From an uncultured Prochlorococcus sp. (GTDB taxonomy: Bacteria > Cyanobacteriota > Cyanobacteriia > PCC-6307 > Cyanobiaceae), in NCBI GenBank assembly GCA_902618335.1, contig CACNAI010000002.1:7828-71827 (forward strand): DNA of 64,000 nt, read 5' to 3'. The translations under genes and the position numbers were made by a program. Under the pieces are notes generated by a model. That model was not told the DNA's origin and did no database searches. It was given only the letters and a program-made list of their open reading frames with translations. This document shows, one piece after another, positions 16,337-26,733 of the stretch (position 1 is the first letter of the stretch; each line of letters opens with the position of its first letter).

Positions 16337-16690
16337 TTATAAATAAACTTTCTTACCATTATTAAATTTATAAATCCTTTGTTCATCGTCTTGAAATATC
16401 ATTTCTCCATTTAATTTAGATTTATTATATTTTGAAAGTCTTGCTCTGTGTATATTGGACTTTCTATTTATATTTTCTTCATTATCGTAAATTCCAATAT
16501 AAATATTTATATTAGGATTTAGGAAGGTTTTTTCTTCCTCCCTTAAAAAAATTCTTTCAATATTTGTTTGAGTGCTCTGAAGTTTCTTTTTGAATTTTTC
16601 TAATTTTAAGTTCTTTGTTTTTTTAGATTTAATTTTTTTGTAGATCAAAAAAATAACTCCTAAAATTAGAAAAACTAAAAATATATTCAT
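16337..16690 (-). CDS. Hypothetical protein with N-terminal TM anchor, 117 aa
   Basis: ORF track. Confidence 0.7.
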   Translation of the reverse strand: MNIFLVFLILGVIFLIYKKIKSKKTKNLKLEKFKKKLQSTQTNIERIFLREEEKTFLNPNINIYIGIYDNEENINRKSNIHRARLSKYNKSKLNGEMIFQDDEQRIYKFNNGKKVYL

Positions 16691-16693
16691 TAC

Positions 16694-16885
16694 CTATTTA
16701 ATTTTTATTTTTATATCTACGCCTAAGTTACTTTTAGTAGTTAATATTTCTTTTTTTATGATTCCATAAGTAAAAATCCTAGATAAAGTTTTCAAAGATT
16801 TAAAGACTAAAAAAATAGTAAATAAAAAGAAAATAATAAGGTTTTCTACAAGAATATTTTTATTTTTATTATCTAAGTTGCTCAT
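16694..16885 (-). CDS. Small hypothetical membrane protein, 63 aa
   Basis: ORF track; tight operon-like spacing with neighbours. Confidence 0.55.
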   Translation of the reverse strand: MSNLDNKNKNILVENLIIFFLFTIFLVFKSLKTLSRIFTYGIIKKEILTTKSNLGVDIKIKIK

Positions 16886-16901
16886 AAAATTGTTGATTCA
16901 A

Positions 16902-17771
16902 TTATTTTTCATCATTATTTGCATATGGGCCAAAAAATTCACTTGCGTCTCTTCCTAATACTTTAGCAAGATTTAAACTTTTATCTATATCCCATTTAGA
17001 TGCCATTCCATATAAAATACCAGCCGCAAAGGAATCGCCACATCCATAAGAATCAACCTTTAATTTTTTATTTTTAAGGGCCTTATATCTTCCTCCTGGA
17101 AATATTATGCCTCCCCTCTCACCCTCGGTTTTAATTGTATATTTGGGTTTTATAGATAATTCTGAAAAAGAAAAAACTTCACCTGGATCAAGATTACTGC
17201 CTATTAATCCATCTAGAAGGACTTTTGATTTATTAATTGTATTTAATCCCACCCTTGGTGTTGTACAAAGTATTGAAGCGGATCTAGCCATTTTAAAAAT
17301 TTCTGAATCAGATGCAGTAATAAAAATTCCATCCATTTTTTTTAAAATGTTCCATTCTAACTTGTCTTTATGAGTTGGAGCTAACCTTTCTCCAATAACT
17401 GTTATTGCTCTTTCACCCTGAGAGTCAATTAAACTAAATCCTCTTCTGGTTGGTTTATCACGCCAAGCTACATGCAACTTAATTCCCATATTTGAGAGAA
17501 TCTTGAAACACTTATCTCCATAATCATCATTACCTAATGAAGTAAAAAAATGAATTTGGTTTAAATTTAAATCCGAAAGTATTTTCGCGATAATAGAGCC
17601 ACCACCAGCTGGATATTCAATAGACTTTTTAGAATGAGAGATAATTCCTGGCTTCGGCAATTTATCGACTCTTAAGAAATTTATCCACTCAATATGGCCA
17701 ACTACAGCAAAATTTAAATTTTCTTTTTTAAATTTATATTCTTCAAATTTATTTTTCTTTTCAACAGCCAT
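16902..17771 (-). CDS. PfkB/ribokinase-family carbohydrate kinase
   Basis: PAGGG, G.D.YG and DSYGCGDSFAAG anion-hole motif. Confidence 0.9.
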   Translation of the reverse strand: MAVEKKNKFEEYKFKKENLNFAVVGHIEWINFLRVDKLPKPGIISHSKKSIEYPAGGGSIIAKILSDLNLNQIHFFTSLGNDDYGDKCFKILSNMGIKLHVAWRDKPTRRGFSLIDSQGERAITVIGERLAPTHKDKLEWNILKKMDGIFITASDSEIFKMARSASILCTTPRVGLNTINKSKVLLDGLIGSNLDPGEVFSFSELSIKPKYTIKTEGERGGIIFPGGRYKALKNKKLKVDSYGCGDSFAAGILYGMASKWDIDKSLNLAKVLGRDASEFFGPYANNDEK

Positions 17772-17812
17772 ATGCTTTTAAATACTATTATTAAAAGAAA
17801 TATTTTTGACAA

Positions 17813-18184
17813 GTGAATTCATTAAGCATTCTAAAAGATAACAAGCAGATACTATCTTATCTTTATCTTTTTCTATCTATTTTGGGAGCTATTCTTCCAA
17901 TGATGGCAAATCTCGAATTTGCTAGAGAATATGGAAATAGTTTTGATATAAATAATTTCATTTCCTTAGCGAATGTCAACCCTGCAGCTCAGTCAATTTC
18001 TAGAGACTTATTAGTAGGTGCGAGCGCTGTTTTTATATGGATAGTAACTGAATCAAAAAAATTGAATATGAAGAACATGTGGGTTGTTTACATTGGAACT
18101 TTTTTAATTGCATTTGCATTCTCTGCGCCTTTTTTCTTATTTCTAAGAGAGAGAAGAATTATGGAATTAGAAAAGACTAATTAA
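17813..18184 (+). CDS. DUF2834-like membrane protein
   Basis: NPAAQSISRDLL and AFAFSAPFFLFLRER motifs; three TMs. Confidence 0.8.
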   Translation: MNSLSILKDNKQILSYLYLFLSILGAILPMMANLEFAREYGNSFDINNFISLANVNPAAQSISRDLLVGASAVFIWIVTESKKLNMKNMWVVYIGTFLIAFAFSAPFFLFLRERRIMELEKTN

Positions 18185-19410
18185 AATAATCTCTTAAATA
18201 GAATTGCGAAAAAAATAAAGCAACAACATGAGATAGAAAGCCAGATTATTGAAGCGTAACCAAATAGGTCTAATATGCGTCCCGATATAAATGGACCAAT
18301 AAAATAACCCATAGCGAAACATTGTGACAATAGGGCAAGCGCAAAACCTTTTTTGTTTGAAGGAGCTATTCTAAAAACAACATCTGTTGAAGTTGGGAGA
18401 AATGAAGCAGTCCCTAAACTAACTAATATCAATGAAAAAGAAATCAAATAAAAAGCTGGTATATTTAAATAACTAGAAACAAATAATATAAATGAAGCAA
18501 AAGAGAAGTTTATCAAACTAAATTTCAGTCCAAATAATCTTCCTTTATTTGATATCCAAGAACCAATAGGCCATTGTAAAAATAATAATAAAATTAACTG
18601 AATAGAAATTATAAAACTAGTAATTTCGTTGCTTAATGCATTTCGATATACCCCACCTTTAACAAGATCCAAAGGCAAAGTTACTTGAATCAAAGCTAAA
18701 GAGGTAGTTATCAACAAAATAGATAAGATAATTATCGCAGAATTTTTATTCCATTTCAATATCCCATTTTTAATTGGATTTAGTGATTTTTTTTGAAAAT
18801 TTTCTAGGTTTCTAGTGATGGAAGAATTATTTCTTGAAATTAAAAAAGTAATAACAAACATACAAAATATATCATTCAAAAAAATTGATTTGGGGTACAA
18901 AAAATTAGTCATAAAACCACCTAAGAACACTCCTAAAAATATTCCTAAAGCCTCTGAGCTCCTAACAAGAGCAAAAGCCTTTCTTGTATCTATGGGATAG
19001 CAAAAATAAGGAACTCCAAACTCAGCAGCAGGCCAATATATACCTGCAGCAGCGCCCACAAAAGATTGGCCAATTATATATAAAAAGGTATCTCTTGAAA
19101 AAATGAGAATTAAACTTGCGGTAATACTTATTATTGATGAAGCGATTAATGGAAATTGTATTTTACCTTTTTTATTTAGATAATTACCTGTAAAAAATCT
19201 CGTTAAAGTACCCATTATTGCTGATATGGCAAACCCCAAACCAATATCTGTTGCAGATAATCCAATATTATTAAAAATGAGTGATGTTAAATAAATTACA
19301 CCTCCTGCTCCAAATGCAGCATAAAATCTTATTTTGGTTATTAGTTGCAATGGATATGGGAATTGCATCCACCAATTTTTGCAAATTTGAAAACTATTTG
19401 GACTAATCAC
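18181..19410 (-). CDS. MFS transporter
   Basis: About 12 TM helices; G.AAG.YWP and G..IGP.I.G motifs. Confidence 0.88.
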   Translation of the reverse strand: MISPNSFQICKNWWMQFPYPLQLITKIRFYAAFGAGGVIYLTSLIFNNIGLSATDIGLGFAISAIMGTLTRFFTGNYLNKKGKIQFPLIASSIISITASLILIFSRDTFLYIIGQSFVGAAAGIYWPAAEFGVPYFCYPIDTRKAFALVRSSEALGIFLGVFLGGFMTNFLYPKSIFLNDIFCMFVITFLISRNNSSITRNLENFQKKSLNPIKNGILKWNKNSAIIILSILLITTSLALIQVTLPLDLVKGGVYRNALSNEITSFIISIQLILLLFLQWPIGSWISNKGRLFGLKFSLINFSFASFILFVSSYLNIPAFYLISFSLILVSLGTASFLPTSTDVVFRIAPSNKKGFALALLSQCFAMGYFIGPFISGRILDLFGYASIIWLSISCCCFIFFAILFKRLF

Positions 19411-19412
19411 AA

Positions 19413-20963
19413 GTGAAATACATTTTTATAATATTTTTAGGTTTTTGTGGATTATTTTTAAATAATGGTTCAGAGGCTGCTGAAAAGATAAATATTAAAT
19501 TTGAAGAAATGAAGATCACTTTTACTATAGAACAATTATCAAAATTAGAAAAATACAAAGATGACTCAACAGAATTAATAGGTTGGTTAAAAAATAATGG
19601 ATTAATAAAAGTTTTTGAATTATCAAAATTTTTAGAATTTCCAGTATTTAAAGAAGAAGGATTAAATAGAGAAATATTAAGAAGTTGGATAGGTCGTAAA
19701 ATCCTCACAGAATTAAGCAAAACCATTACAGTTCCAAATGACAATAATGGAATAGAAATTTATAACACTATTGAAAAGTTACTGGATTATAAAAAAGAAG
19801 TTTCAACTTTAGACATCATAAAGGCATTACCTTCAGAAGAAATTTCTTTAGATATTGATAATTTAATTTTAATAGTTTCATCTTGGAAAAATGAATTAGC
19901 AATGCAACAAAATCTTATTTCGAAATTAAATAATCTTGAGAAAATTAATGAAGAACCCTTTAAAATTTTTGAAAATATTTCTACTTCAGAATTTTTTAAG
20001 ATAAATAAAAAAATTTATGCTCCTCACCGAGTTAAACCTTTTGAAGTTGAATTATGGAAAAGTAATAAAACAAACTTCGATAAAGAACTGATAATTTTTA
20101 TGCCTGGACTCGGAGGCGAAATTAAAAATTTTAAGTGGATAGTAAACGAATTAACTAAAAGGGGTTGGCCAATAGTATTTATTGACCATAGGGGAAGTAA
20201 TTTAAAAGCAATCACTGAAGTATTAGAGGAAGGGGAATCAATTCCAGGAAGTGCAGACTTTTTCCTATATAGAATTAAAGATTTAGATGCTGTATTAAGA
20301 GCTCATGAGAATGGGGAATTTGGTTTACCTAACGATTCTTATATCCTAATGGGGCATTCACTTGGTGCTTTAATAGCACTTTTATATGAGGGGAACAAAC
20401 CAACTGATCAACTTGAGGACAGATGTGATTCTGCATTAAAAGATTTTGCCGTAACAAATTTATCAAAACTACTTCAATGTCAATTAAGTGAAATTCCATT
20501 CTCTGAGAAAAGTAATGCGTTTAAGGCAAGTGCAATAATAGGATTTAATTCGTTTGGCAGTTTAGTATGGCCAAAAGATAATAGTTCTGGAATTAAAACA
20601 CCAACTCTTCTAATAGGTGGTACATATGACCTCATTACTCCGTTAATGAATGAACAATTTAAAGTTTTTTCTGCTTTAAATAATCCATCAAATAGATTTC
20701 TAATTATTGAAGGAGCAAGTCATTTCTCTCCAATAAGAATAAATAATAGCTATAAGGAAGATGATGACATCTTCAAAATAAAAGAATCATTTATTGGTTC
20801 AGATCCAATCTTAGTCCAAGATTTATCTGCGAAATTTATAGTCAAATTTTTAGAAAATATTAACGATCAAAAGGCCCTAAAAGTAATTAAAAACGTAAGA
20901 GATTCTGGACTTGATTTCCATCTTTTAGATCTTGATACTATAAAAGAAATTTCAAAAAATTAG
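19413..20963 (+). CDS. DUF1400-containing alpha/beta hydrolase
   Basis: AAEKI.I.F N-terminal domain, GHSLG nucleophile elbow, GASHFSP. Confidence 0.88.
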   Translation: MKYIFIIFLGFCGLFLNNGSEAAEKINIKFEEMKITFTIEQLSKLEKYKDDSTELIGWLKNNGLIKVFELSKFLEFPVFKEEGLNREILRSWIGRKILTELSKTITVPNDNNGIEIYNTIEKLLDYKKEVSTLDIIKALPSEEISLDIDNLILIVSSWKNELAMQQNLISKLNNLEKINEEPFKIFENISTSEFFKINKKIYAPHRVKPFEVELWKSNKTNFDKELIIFMPGLGGEIKNFKWIVNELTKRGWPIVFIDHRGSNLKAITEVLEEGESIPGSADFFLYRIKDLDAVLRAHENGEFGLPNDSYILMGHSLGALIALLYEGNKPTDQLEDRCDSALKDFAVTNLSKLLQCQLSEIPFSEKSNAFKASAIIGFNSFGSLVWPKDNSSGIKTPTLLIGGTYDLITPLMNEQFKVFSALNNPSNRFLIIEGASHFSPIRINNSYKEDDDIFKIKESFIGSDPILVQDLSAKFIVKFLENINDQKALKVIKNVRDSGLDFHLLDLDTIKEISKN

Positions 20964-21982
20964 TACTCTATTCGTGGATCTAAATACGCGATTAAAATAT
21001 CCACAAAGAGATTTAAAGAAACTATAAGCATAGAGGTAAAAATTACGATGCCTTGAACCAAGGTATAATCTCTCTGAGATATTGCTTCATGTAATCTTAA
21101 AGCAATACCTGGCCATGAAAAAGTTACTTCGAACAATAGAGCACCTCCTGCTAATGAAGCCATTGTCAAGCCAGAGATAGTTACAATCGGCAATAGAGCA
21201 TTAGGCAATGCATGATTTAAAAAGATTTTTTTTTTCGATATCCCTCTACATATAGCAGCATTTACATAATCACTTTTTAAAGTCTTATCCAAATTTAATC
21301 TTAATGATCGGCTGAATATCCCACTCAAAAGTACGCCAAGTGTTATGGAAGGAAGTGCAAGATGATAAAGGCTATCTTTAAAAGCAATAATATTATTTGA
21401 AAGAATACTATCTAAAACTAGAAAACCTGTAATATGCGGTTGTTGCTGAAAAATTGGAAATCTTCCTCCTATTGGTGAAATATTAAAAAATACAGAAAAT
21501 AATAATTGTGCTAACATTGCACCCCAAAAAGGCGGGATAGCATATGTAGCGATTCCTAATATTCTCGAAATATAATCAGTTTTTTTACCTCTATTTCTCA
21601 AGCCAATTAATCCCAATGGGAATCCTATTATTGTGGCACTTAATATTGAAAAGAATCCAAGCTCAAGACTTGCAGGCAATGACTTAAGAATAATATTTAG
21701 GACTGGCTCTTGGCTACTAAGAGATTGGCCAAAATCTAAGTGCAATATATTTTTAATATACGAAAAATATTGATTTATTAAAGGTTCATTTAGCCCTAAT
21801 TTATTTCTAAGAAATTCCCTTGAAACCTCATCGGCACCAGATCCAAGTATGGCATCGACAGGATCGCCCGGAGCAACTCTCAATAAAATAAATACTAATG
21901 AAGAAATTATCCATAACATTATTGGTATTAATGAAATTTTTAATAAAGAATAATTTAGTAATTTATTTAAATTTCTACTCAT
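20960..21982 (-). CDS. dppB: Peptide/nickel ABC transporter permease
   Basis: APGDPV, LDFGQSL, E.TFSWPG, YLDPRI motifs. Confidence 0.9.
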   Translation of the reverse strand: MSRNLNKLLNYSLLKISLIPIMLWIISSLVFILLRVAPGDPVDAILGSGADEVSREFLRNKLGLNEPLINQYFSYIKNILHLDFGQSLSSQEPVLNIILKSLPASLELGFFSILSATIIGFPLGLIGLRNRGKKTDYISRILGIATYAIPPFWGAMLAQLLFSVFFNISPIGGRFPIFQQQPHITGFLVLDSILSNNIIAFKDSLYHLALPSITLGVLLSGIFSRSLRLNLDKTLKSDYVNAAICRGISKKKIFLNHALPNALLPIVTISGLTMASLAGGALLFEVTFSWPGIALRLHEAISQRDYTLVQGIVIFTSMLIVSLNLFVDILIAYLDPRIEY

Positions 21983-23546
21983 TAATTAACTTAAGATCAC
22001 TCAATGAAATTATTCCTGCACCATTAAAAATAGGTTTTGATATTTTATTTTGAGACCATGCTTTTTGAGAGGATATCCAAATAGGAATATAAGGGATTGA
22101 ATTTGCTGCTATTTTTTCAATTTCAACAAGTTTTTCTAATCTTTTAATTCCGCTTATTTTTTCACTCTCAAGAAATAAACTTTCCACTTTATCAGATCCC
22201 CAAAAACTACCGCTGTAAACTGATTCTCCTTCTTTACATATGTCATCAACTATTTCATTACAACTTAAAAGAGGAGTGAGATAGGCTTCTGGATCTGAAT
22301 AAGCTCCAGTCCAATCGAGAATAACTGCGGTATAAAGCCCTAAACTAAGATTTTTATAAACTGTTGTAGATTCAACACCATTAAGTTCAATATCAATACA
22401 ATCTTTCAAAGTATTTTTTATTTCTTCCTGCCATGTAAGGGCAATAAGCTTGTCAGCGGGGACATTAGATCTATAAGTAAGAGGTATTTTCAGAATGTTT
22501 CCATTACAATAATTTTCTTTTTGCAATAACCTTCTCGCTTCTAAATAGTCATATTTAGGCCAAACTCCTTGATTATCTTTTTTTAATATCGGAGGAATTA
22601 TTGATCTAGATGGCTTTCTTAATCCATAACTTACTTTGTCACTAATTAATTTTCTATTAAGACTTTTTGCCAAAGCCATTCTTAAATTAAGATTACTTAA
22701 GGGATAAGAACTAGTTTTAAGGCTTATAAAACTTAATTCAGTAAAAGGGCTGTTACCTTCTTTAAACTGTTTATTTTTACTTAAATTATTTAAACTTTTT
22801 CTCTGACTATCATCAATTGAATTTGATAAGAGCACGTCAATTTGTTTACTTTTTAAAGCTCCAAAAAGAGAAGATGAATTTGAATATCCCACAAAATTAA
22901 TGCCTTCATTTAAGGTCTTTTCACCCCAATAATTCAAATTTGGATCAATTGATTGTACTTCATTTGAAAAACTGTTCAGCACATACTTGCCCGTACCAAC
23001 GAATTTTTCATTTAGAAACTTATCAGAATAATCTTTGTAAAATGTAGGAGATATTGGAGTTAAATTTACTGATGTAAGTAAACCATTTAAAGAACTTGAT
23101 GGTTTATTTAAATTAATTATGACTGAATATTCATTTGGCGTTTCTATTGATTTAATTTTATTTCCTAAAATATAATTCATCGTTCCAATTCTTTTGAATC
23201 TATCAAAAGTAAACTTTATTGCATTCGAGTTAAATAAAGTTCCATCATGAAAAAAAACATTTTTTCTTAAATTAATAATTATTTGAAGTTTATCCTTTGA
23301 AATAATAGGCATTCCAGAGGCCAATTCAGGTATTAATTCTCCGTTAGAATTTAATTCATATAATGTATCTCCAAGAGAACTAATTAATTGAATTGATTTA
23401 AGAGTATTTGCTCTTGCTGGATCTAAAGATTCAATCTTTCCAGAACTTGCTACTATTATTTTTTTTGATATTCTTTTTGAGCCACAAGAATTTTGTAAAA
23501 ATGAAATTAATATAATTAAAAGTGATAATAGAACTTTTTTTTTCAT
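21975..23546 (-). CDS. dppA: Peptide/nickel ABC transporter substrate-binding lipoprotein
   Basis: Lipobox-like NSC, SLDPA, LRKNVFFHDGT, VGTGKY. Confidence 0.9.
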   Translation of the reverse strand: MKKKVLLSLLIILISFLQNSCGSKRISKKIIVASSGKIESLDPARANTLKSIQLISSLGDTLYELNSNGELIPELASGMPIISKDKLQIIINLRKNVFFHDGTLFNSNAIKFTFDRFKRIGTMNYILGNKIKSIETPNEYSVIINLNKPSSSLNGLLTSVNLTPISPTFYKDYSDKFLNEKFVGTGKYVLNSFSNEVQSIDPNLNYWGEKTLNEGINFVGYSNSSSLFGALKSKQIDVLLSNSIDDSQRKSLNNLSKNKQFKEGNSPFTELSFISLKTSSYPLSNLNLRMALAKSLNRKLISDKVSYGLRKPSRSIIPPILKKDNQGVWPKYDYLEARRLLQKENYCNGNILKIPLTYRSNVPADKLIALTWQEEIKNTLKDCIDIELNGVESTTVYKNLSLGLYTAVILDWTGAYSDPEAYLTPLLSCNEIVDDICKEGESVYSGSFWGSDKVESLFLESEKISGIKRLEKLVEIEKIAANSIPYIPIWISSQKAWSQNKISKPIFNGAGIISLSDLKLINE

Positions 23547-23563
23547 ATTTCTTAAATACTTAA

Positions 23564-23836
23564 TTATTCAGAGGGTTGTTTTGAACAAACAATTTGTAAT
23601 GTTATTTGACTTATTTCTAAAGCAAATGTTTTTTTTGAATCACAGGCAAAAGGCCACTCTCTCACCCAACAAATTTTTTTAATTATATTTAAACCAATTA
23701 CTTGGAAAGTCTTATTGCTATTTTTAATTTTTACACAAGCACCTTTATAAAGGTTTTCAGAACAAATTAAATTATTTTTTTGATTTTTATTAACTAATAG
23801 TTTTGAATGAATCATTAAGGTGCTAAAACCAAACAC
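23564..23836 (-). CDS. Hypothetical protein (FQVIG...CWVREWP)
   Basis: ORF track; operon spacing; start uncertain. Confidence 0.65.
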   Translation of the reverse strand: MFGFSTLMIHSKLLVNKNQKNNLICSENLYKGACVKIKNSNKTFQVIGLNIIKKICWVREWPFACDSKKTFALEISQITLQIVCSKQPSE

Positions 23837-23885
23837 TTACTTTATTCGGTTTAACAAGCTATGAAGAAATTTGCAAACTATTTTT

Positions 23886-25187
23886 TTAAATACAACTTAA
23901 TTGACTTGCAATAGTTGTTACTTCATTAAGCGAATTTATTTCATCTTTCGATTTCTCAAAATTTCCATTATTCACCTCATGAGTTATAACAACAATTTCA
24001 GCTTTATCCTCAGTTGCATCTAGTTGAACAATTGATTCGATTGATACATTATTATTTCCAAAAATATCTCCAATCTTTCCTATTACTCCTGGACTATCAA
24101 GACAAATGATTCTTAGATAATTTTTTTTTATTATTTCAGAAGATCCTATTATATGACAGTTTCTCCAGAAATCAAAAGATAATAATGGATCTATTGAATT
24201 ATTATTTTTTTTTGTCGCGGCATGCAGATTTAATATGTCTGATACTACTGATGCTGCAGTGGGACCACTCCCAGCACCTGGACCATACAACATTATTTCT
24301 CCAAGAGGATCAGCCTCTATCAATAATGCATTGTTAACCCCCATAACTGTTGCTAATGGATGAGCTTTTGGAATCAAAGAAGGGCCTACCCAAATATTCA
24401 AAGCAAGTGAATCATTACTATTAACTTGTTGCCTTTCGGAAAGAGCCAAAAGTTTTATTTCAAATCCTAATTTATTCGCATATTCGATATCCTTTAAATT
24501 AATGCTGCTAATGCCCTCCGAATTTATTTCGTCTCGTTTGATTTTACCTCCAAATGCGAGTTCACTAAGAATAGAAATCTTATCAGCAGCGTCATGCCCC
24601 TCAACATCTGCCGTTGGATCTAATTCTGCATACCCAAGGCTTTGAGCCAATTTTAATGTTTCCTCATAATCAGCTTTTTCATTTGCCATCTTTGAAAGAA
24701 TAAAATTTGTAGTGCCATTTATTATCCCAACCATTTTTTTTATGCTATTACTTTTTAATGATCTTTTTAATGGTTCAATTATTGGAATCCCTCCGCAGAC
24801 TGCTGCCTCTGACAATATGTAAACTCCTTCTTTAGCAGCAGTTTTGTATATTTCTTCTCCATATCTTGCAATTACTGCTTTATTAGCTGTAACAACAGAT
24901 TTACCTGATTTTAATGATCGCAGAACAATATCTTTCGCCAATTCAACCCCTCCCATTACTTCTACAATTAAATCTATTGAAGGGTCATTAATTAATTTAA
25001 ATGGATCATCAGTTAGTAAATTACTATCTAGCTCAATATCCCTTTTTTTACTAAGATCTTTAACTGCTATTTTTGCAATTTCTATTTCTTTTAGAATTGG
25101 ATGTGAATCAACTTCAGAATTTAATATTTTATAAATCCCTGAACCTACAGTTCCGAAACCTACGATACCAATTTTGCATTTTCTCAT
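23886..25187 (-). CDS. thrA: Homoserine dehydrogenase with C-terminal ACT domain
   Basis: GFGTVG, VVTANK, EAAVCGGIP, GIINGTTN, GPGAG.GPTA. Confidence 0.95.
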   Translation of the reverse strand: MRKCKIGIVGFGTVGSGIYKILNSEVDSHPILKEIEIAKIAVKDLSKKRDIELDSNLLTDDPFKLINDPSIDLIVEVMGGVELAKDIVLRSLKSGKSVVTANKAVIARYGEEIYKTAAKEGVYILSEAAVCGGIPIIEPLKRSLKSNSIKKMVGIINGTTNFILSKMANEKADYEETLKLAQSLGYAELDPTADVEGHDAADKISILSELAFGGKIKRDEINSEGISSINLKDIEYANKLGFEIKLLALSERQQVNSNDSLALNIWVGPSLIPKAHPLATVMGVNNALLIEADPLGEIMLYGPGAGSGPTAASVVSDILNLHAATKKNNNSIDPLLSFDFWRNCHIIGSSEIIKKNYLRIICLDSPGVIGKIGDIFGNNNVSIESIVQLDATEDKAEIVVITHEVNNGNFEKSKDEINSLNEVTTIASQLSCI

Positions 25188-25231
25188 TTTTTATTTCTTT
25201 TTACTTTGAATTTAATTTTATATTATTAGAC

Positions 25232-25651
25232 CTACAAAAATTCATTTGCTTGAGACTGCATTTTCAATAATATGTTTAAAAAACCATTAGATCGTGAAGG
25301 GGTTAGGCTTGCTTTCAAACCAGTATCTTCTATAAATTTCTTATCTATTTCAACCACTTCATTTGGTGTTAACTCATTTAATCCACTAATTAGAAATGCT
25401 AACAAACCCTTTGTAATGAGAGCATCAGAATACCCTTCCCAAAATAATTTACCGGCATTAATACTTGCCTTAACAAAAACTTCTGAGACGCAACCCCTAA
25501 CCTTATTCTCATCAATAAAGATATTTCTGTCTGGTTCTTTCAATTTTTTGCCCAACCACAAAATGTACTCATACTTTCTTTTTGGATCTTCTGATTTCTT
25601 AAGCTTTTCGACTAATTTTGATAGATTATCGTATTTTTCTTGATTCTCCAT
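25232..25651 (-). CDS. sufE: Fe-S assembly sulfur acceptor SufE
   Basis: V.GC.S.V, SDALITKGL, LTPSRSNG. Confidence 0.93.
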   Translation of the reverse strand: MENQEKYDNLSKLVEKLKKSEDPKRKYEYILWLGKKLKEPDRNIFIDENKVRGCVSEVFVKASINAGKLFWEGYSDALITKGLLAFLISGLNELTPNEVVEIDKKFIEDTGLKASLTPSRSNGFLNILLKMQSQANEFL

Positions 25652-25687
25652 TTTAAAACTATTAATAAACTGCTTGTAGATCTATAA

Positions 25688-26245
25688 TTATACAAATATT
25701 TCTTTTTCTGTGATAAAACCTGACAAAGGAATGTCCCACTCAGCTCTGGTTAACGGATTAGTACTCAGGCAGTTAGAAGTCAATATACCAATGCATGGAA
25801 TAAGTCTCCAATTATTATCACTCCTTAATTTATCAAAATAACCTCCTCCATAGCCTAATCTTATTAAATTTTTATCCACAGAAAGACATGGAACAAATAT
25901 AATACTTATCTCCTTATAACTTAATGAAAAAAAGTTCTTGGGACTTAGTATTCCTTCAGAATCTTTAGTAAGAGGATTTTCATCCCAAGGATAAAATAAT
26001 AACTCTTTTTTATCTTTACATCTGGGCAAAGCTAGAGGAAATTTTTCCTTAAGACTTCTAATATCTACTTCATTTTTGAGAGGCCAATATGCTGCTATGT
26101 AACCAATTTTTTTTTCTTCCTTCAAGAATGAATCAACATATAATTTTACATTTTTTTCTACATTTTTCATTTGATTAAGGGAACTTTCATCTCTAAGTGC
26201 TCTAAACTTATCCCTCTCTACTTTCTTTTTTTCAAAAATAGTCAT
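25688..26245 (-). CDS. 5-formyltetrahydrofolate cyclo-ligase
   Basis: Y.PL.NEVD and RLGYGGGYFD motifs. Confidence 0.92.
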   Translation of the reverse strand: MTIFEKKKVERDKFRALRDESSLNQMKNVEKNVKLYVDSFLKEEKKIGYIAAYWPLKNEVDIRSLKEKFPLALPRCKDKKELLFYPWDENPLTKDSEGILSPKNFFSLSYKEISIIFVPCLSVDKNLIRLGYGGGYFDKLRSDNNWRLIPCIGILTSNCLSTNPLTRAEWDIPLSGFITEKEIFV

Positions 26246-26254
26246 ATTAGATTT

Positions 26255-26728
26255 TCAGTTAAGGCCTTCTTCATTTAGTTTTGTGAGTGCAATTGCCAAC
26301 GCATCTGCCGAATCATCAGGTTTTGGAGGCTTTTTAAGGTCTAAGTCACGCATCACAGCATCTAGAACTTCTTTCTTTGATGCCTTTCCAGACCCAGCGA
26401 TTGTTAATTTTATCTGAGCAGGGGAATATTCACTAACATGAATGTTTTTTGAGGCCAAGACCATCATTATCACACCTCTAGCCTGCACCACACTAATAGT
26501 AGTACTTGATCTATAGAAGAAAAATTTTTCTACAGCAGCTACATTTGGATTCCAATAATTTATTAATTCTTTAAGATCTTTGAATATCTCATAAAGCCTA
26601 TCTTCTTCTTTTTTTTCTTTACCTGTCTCAATAACTCCACAATCTAATAAAAATTTTTTTTCATTTTCTATTTCAATAATTCCATATCCAACTCTAGCTA
26701 ATCCAGGGTCAATCCCAATTATTCTCAC
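26255..26728 (-). CDS. ruvC: Holliday junction resolvase RuvC
   Basis: [28 protein letters not shown]. Confidence 0.96.
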   Translation of the reverse strand: MRIIGIDPGLARVGYGIIEIENEKKFLLDCGVIETGKEKKEEDRLYEIFKDLKELINYWNPNVAAVEKFFFYRSSTTISVVQARGVIMMVLASKNIHVSEYSPAQIKLTIAGSGKASKKEVLDAVMRDLDLKKPPKPDDSADALAIALTKLNEEGLN

Positions 26729-26733
26729 TGTAA

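Noticed and set aside
1-17000. Accessory region as a prophage or integrative element
   Set aside because: No integrase, terminase, structural or transposase genes and no att repeats seen; only isolated genes with possible phage homologues
20960-23546. dppA-dppB without a second permease or ATPase as a broken operon
   Set aside because: Both ORFs are intact, and ABC subunits are commonly dispersed in picocyanobacterial genomes
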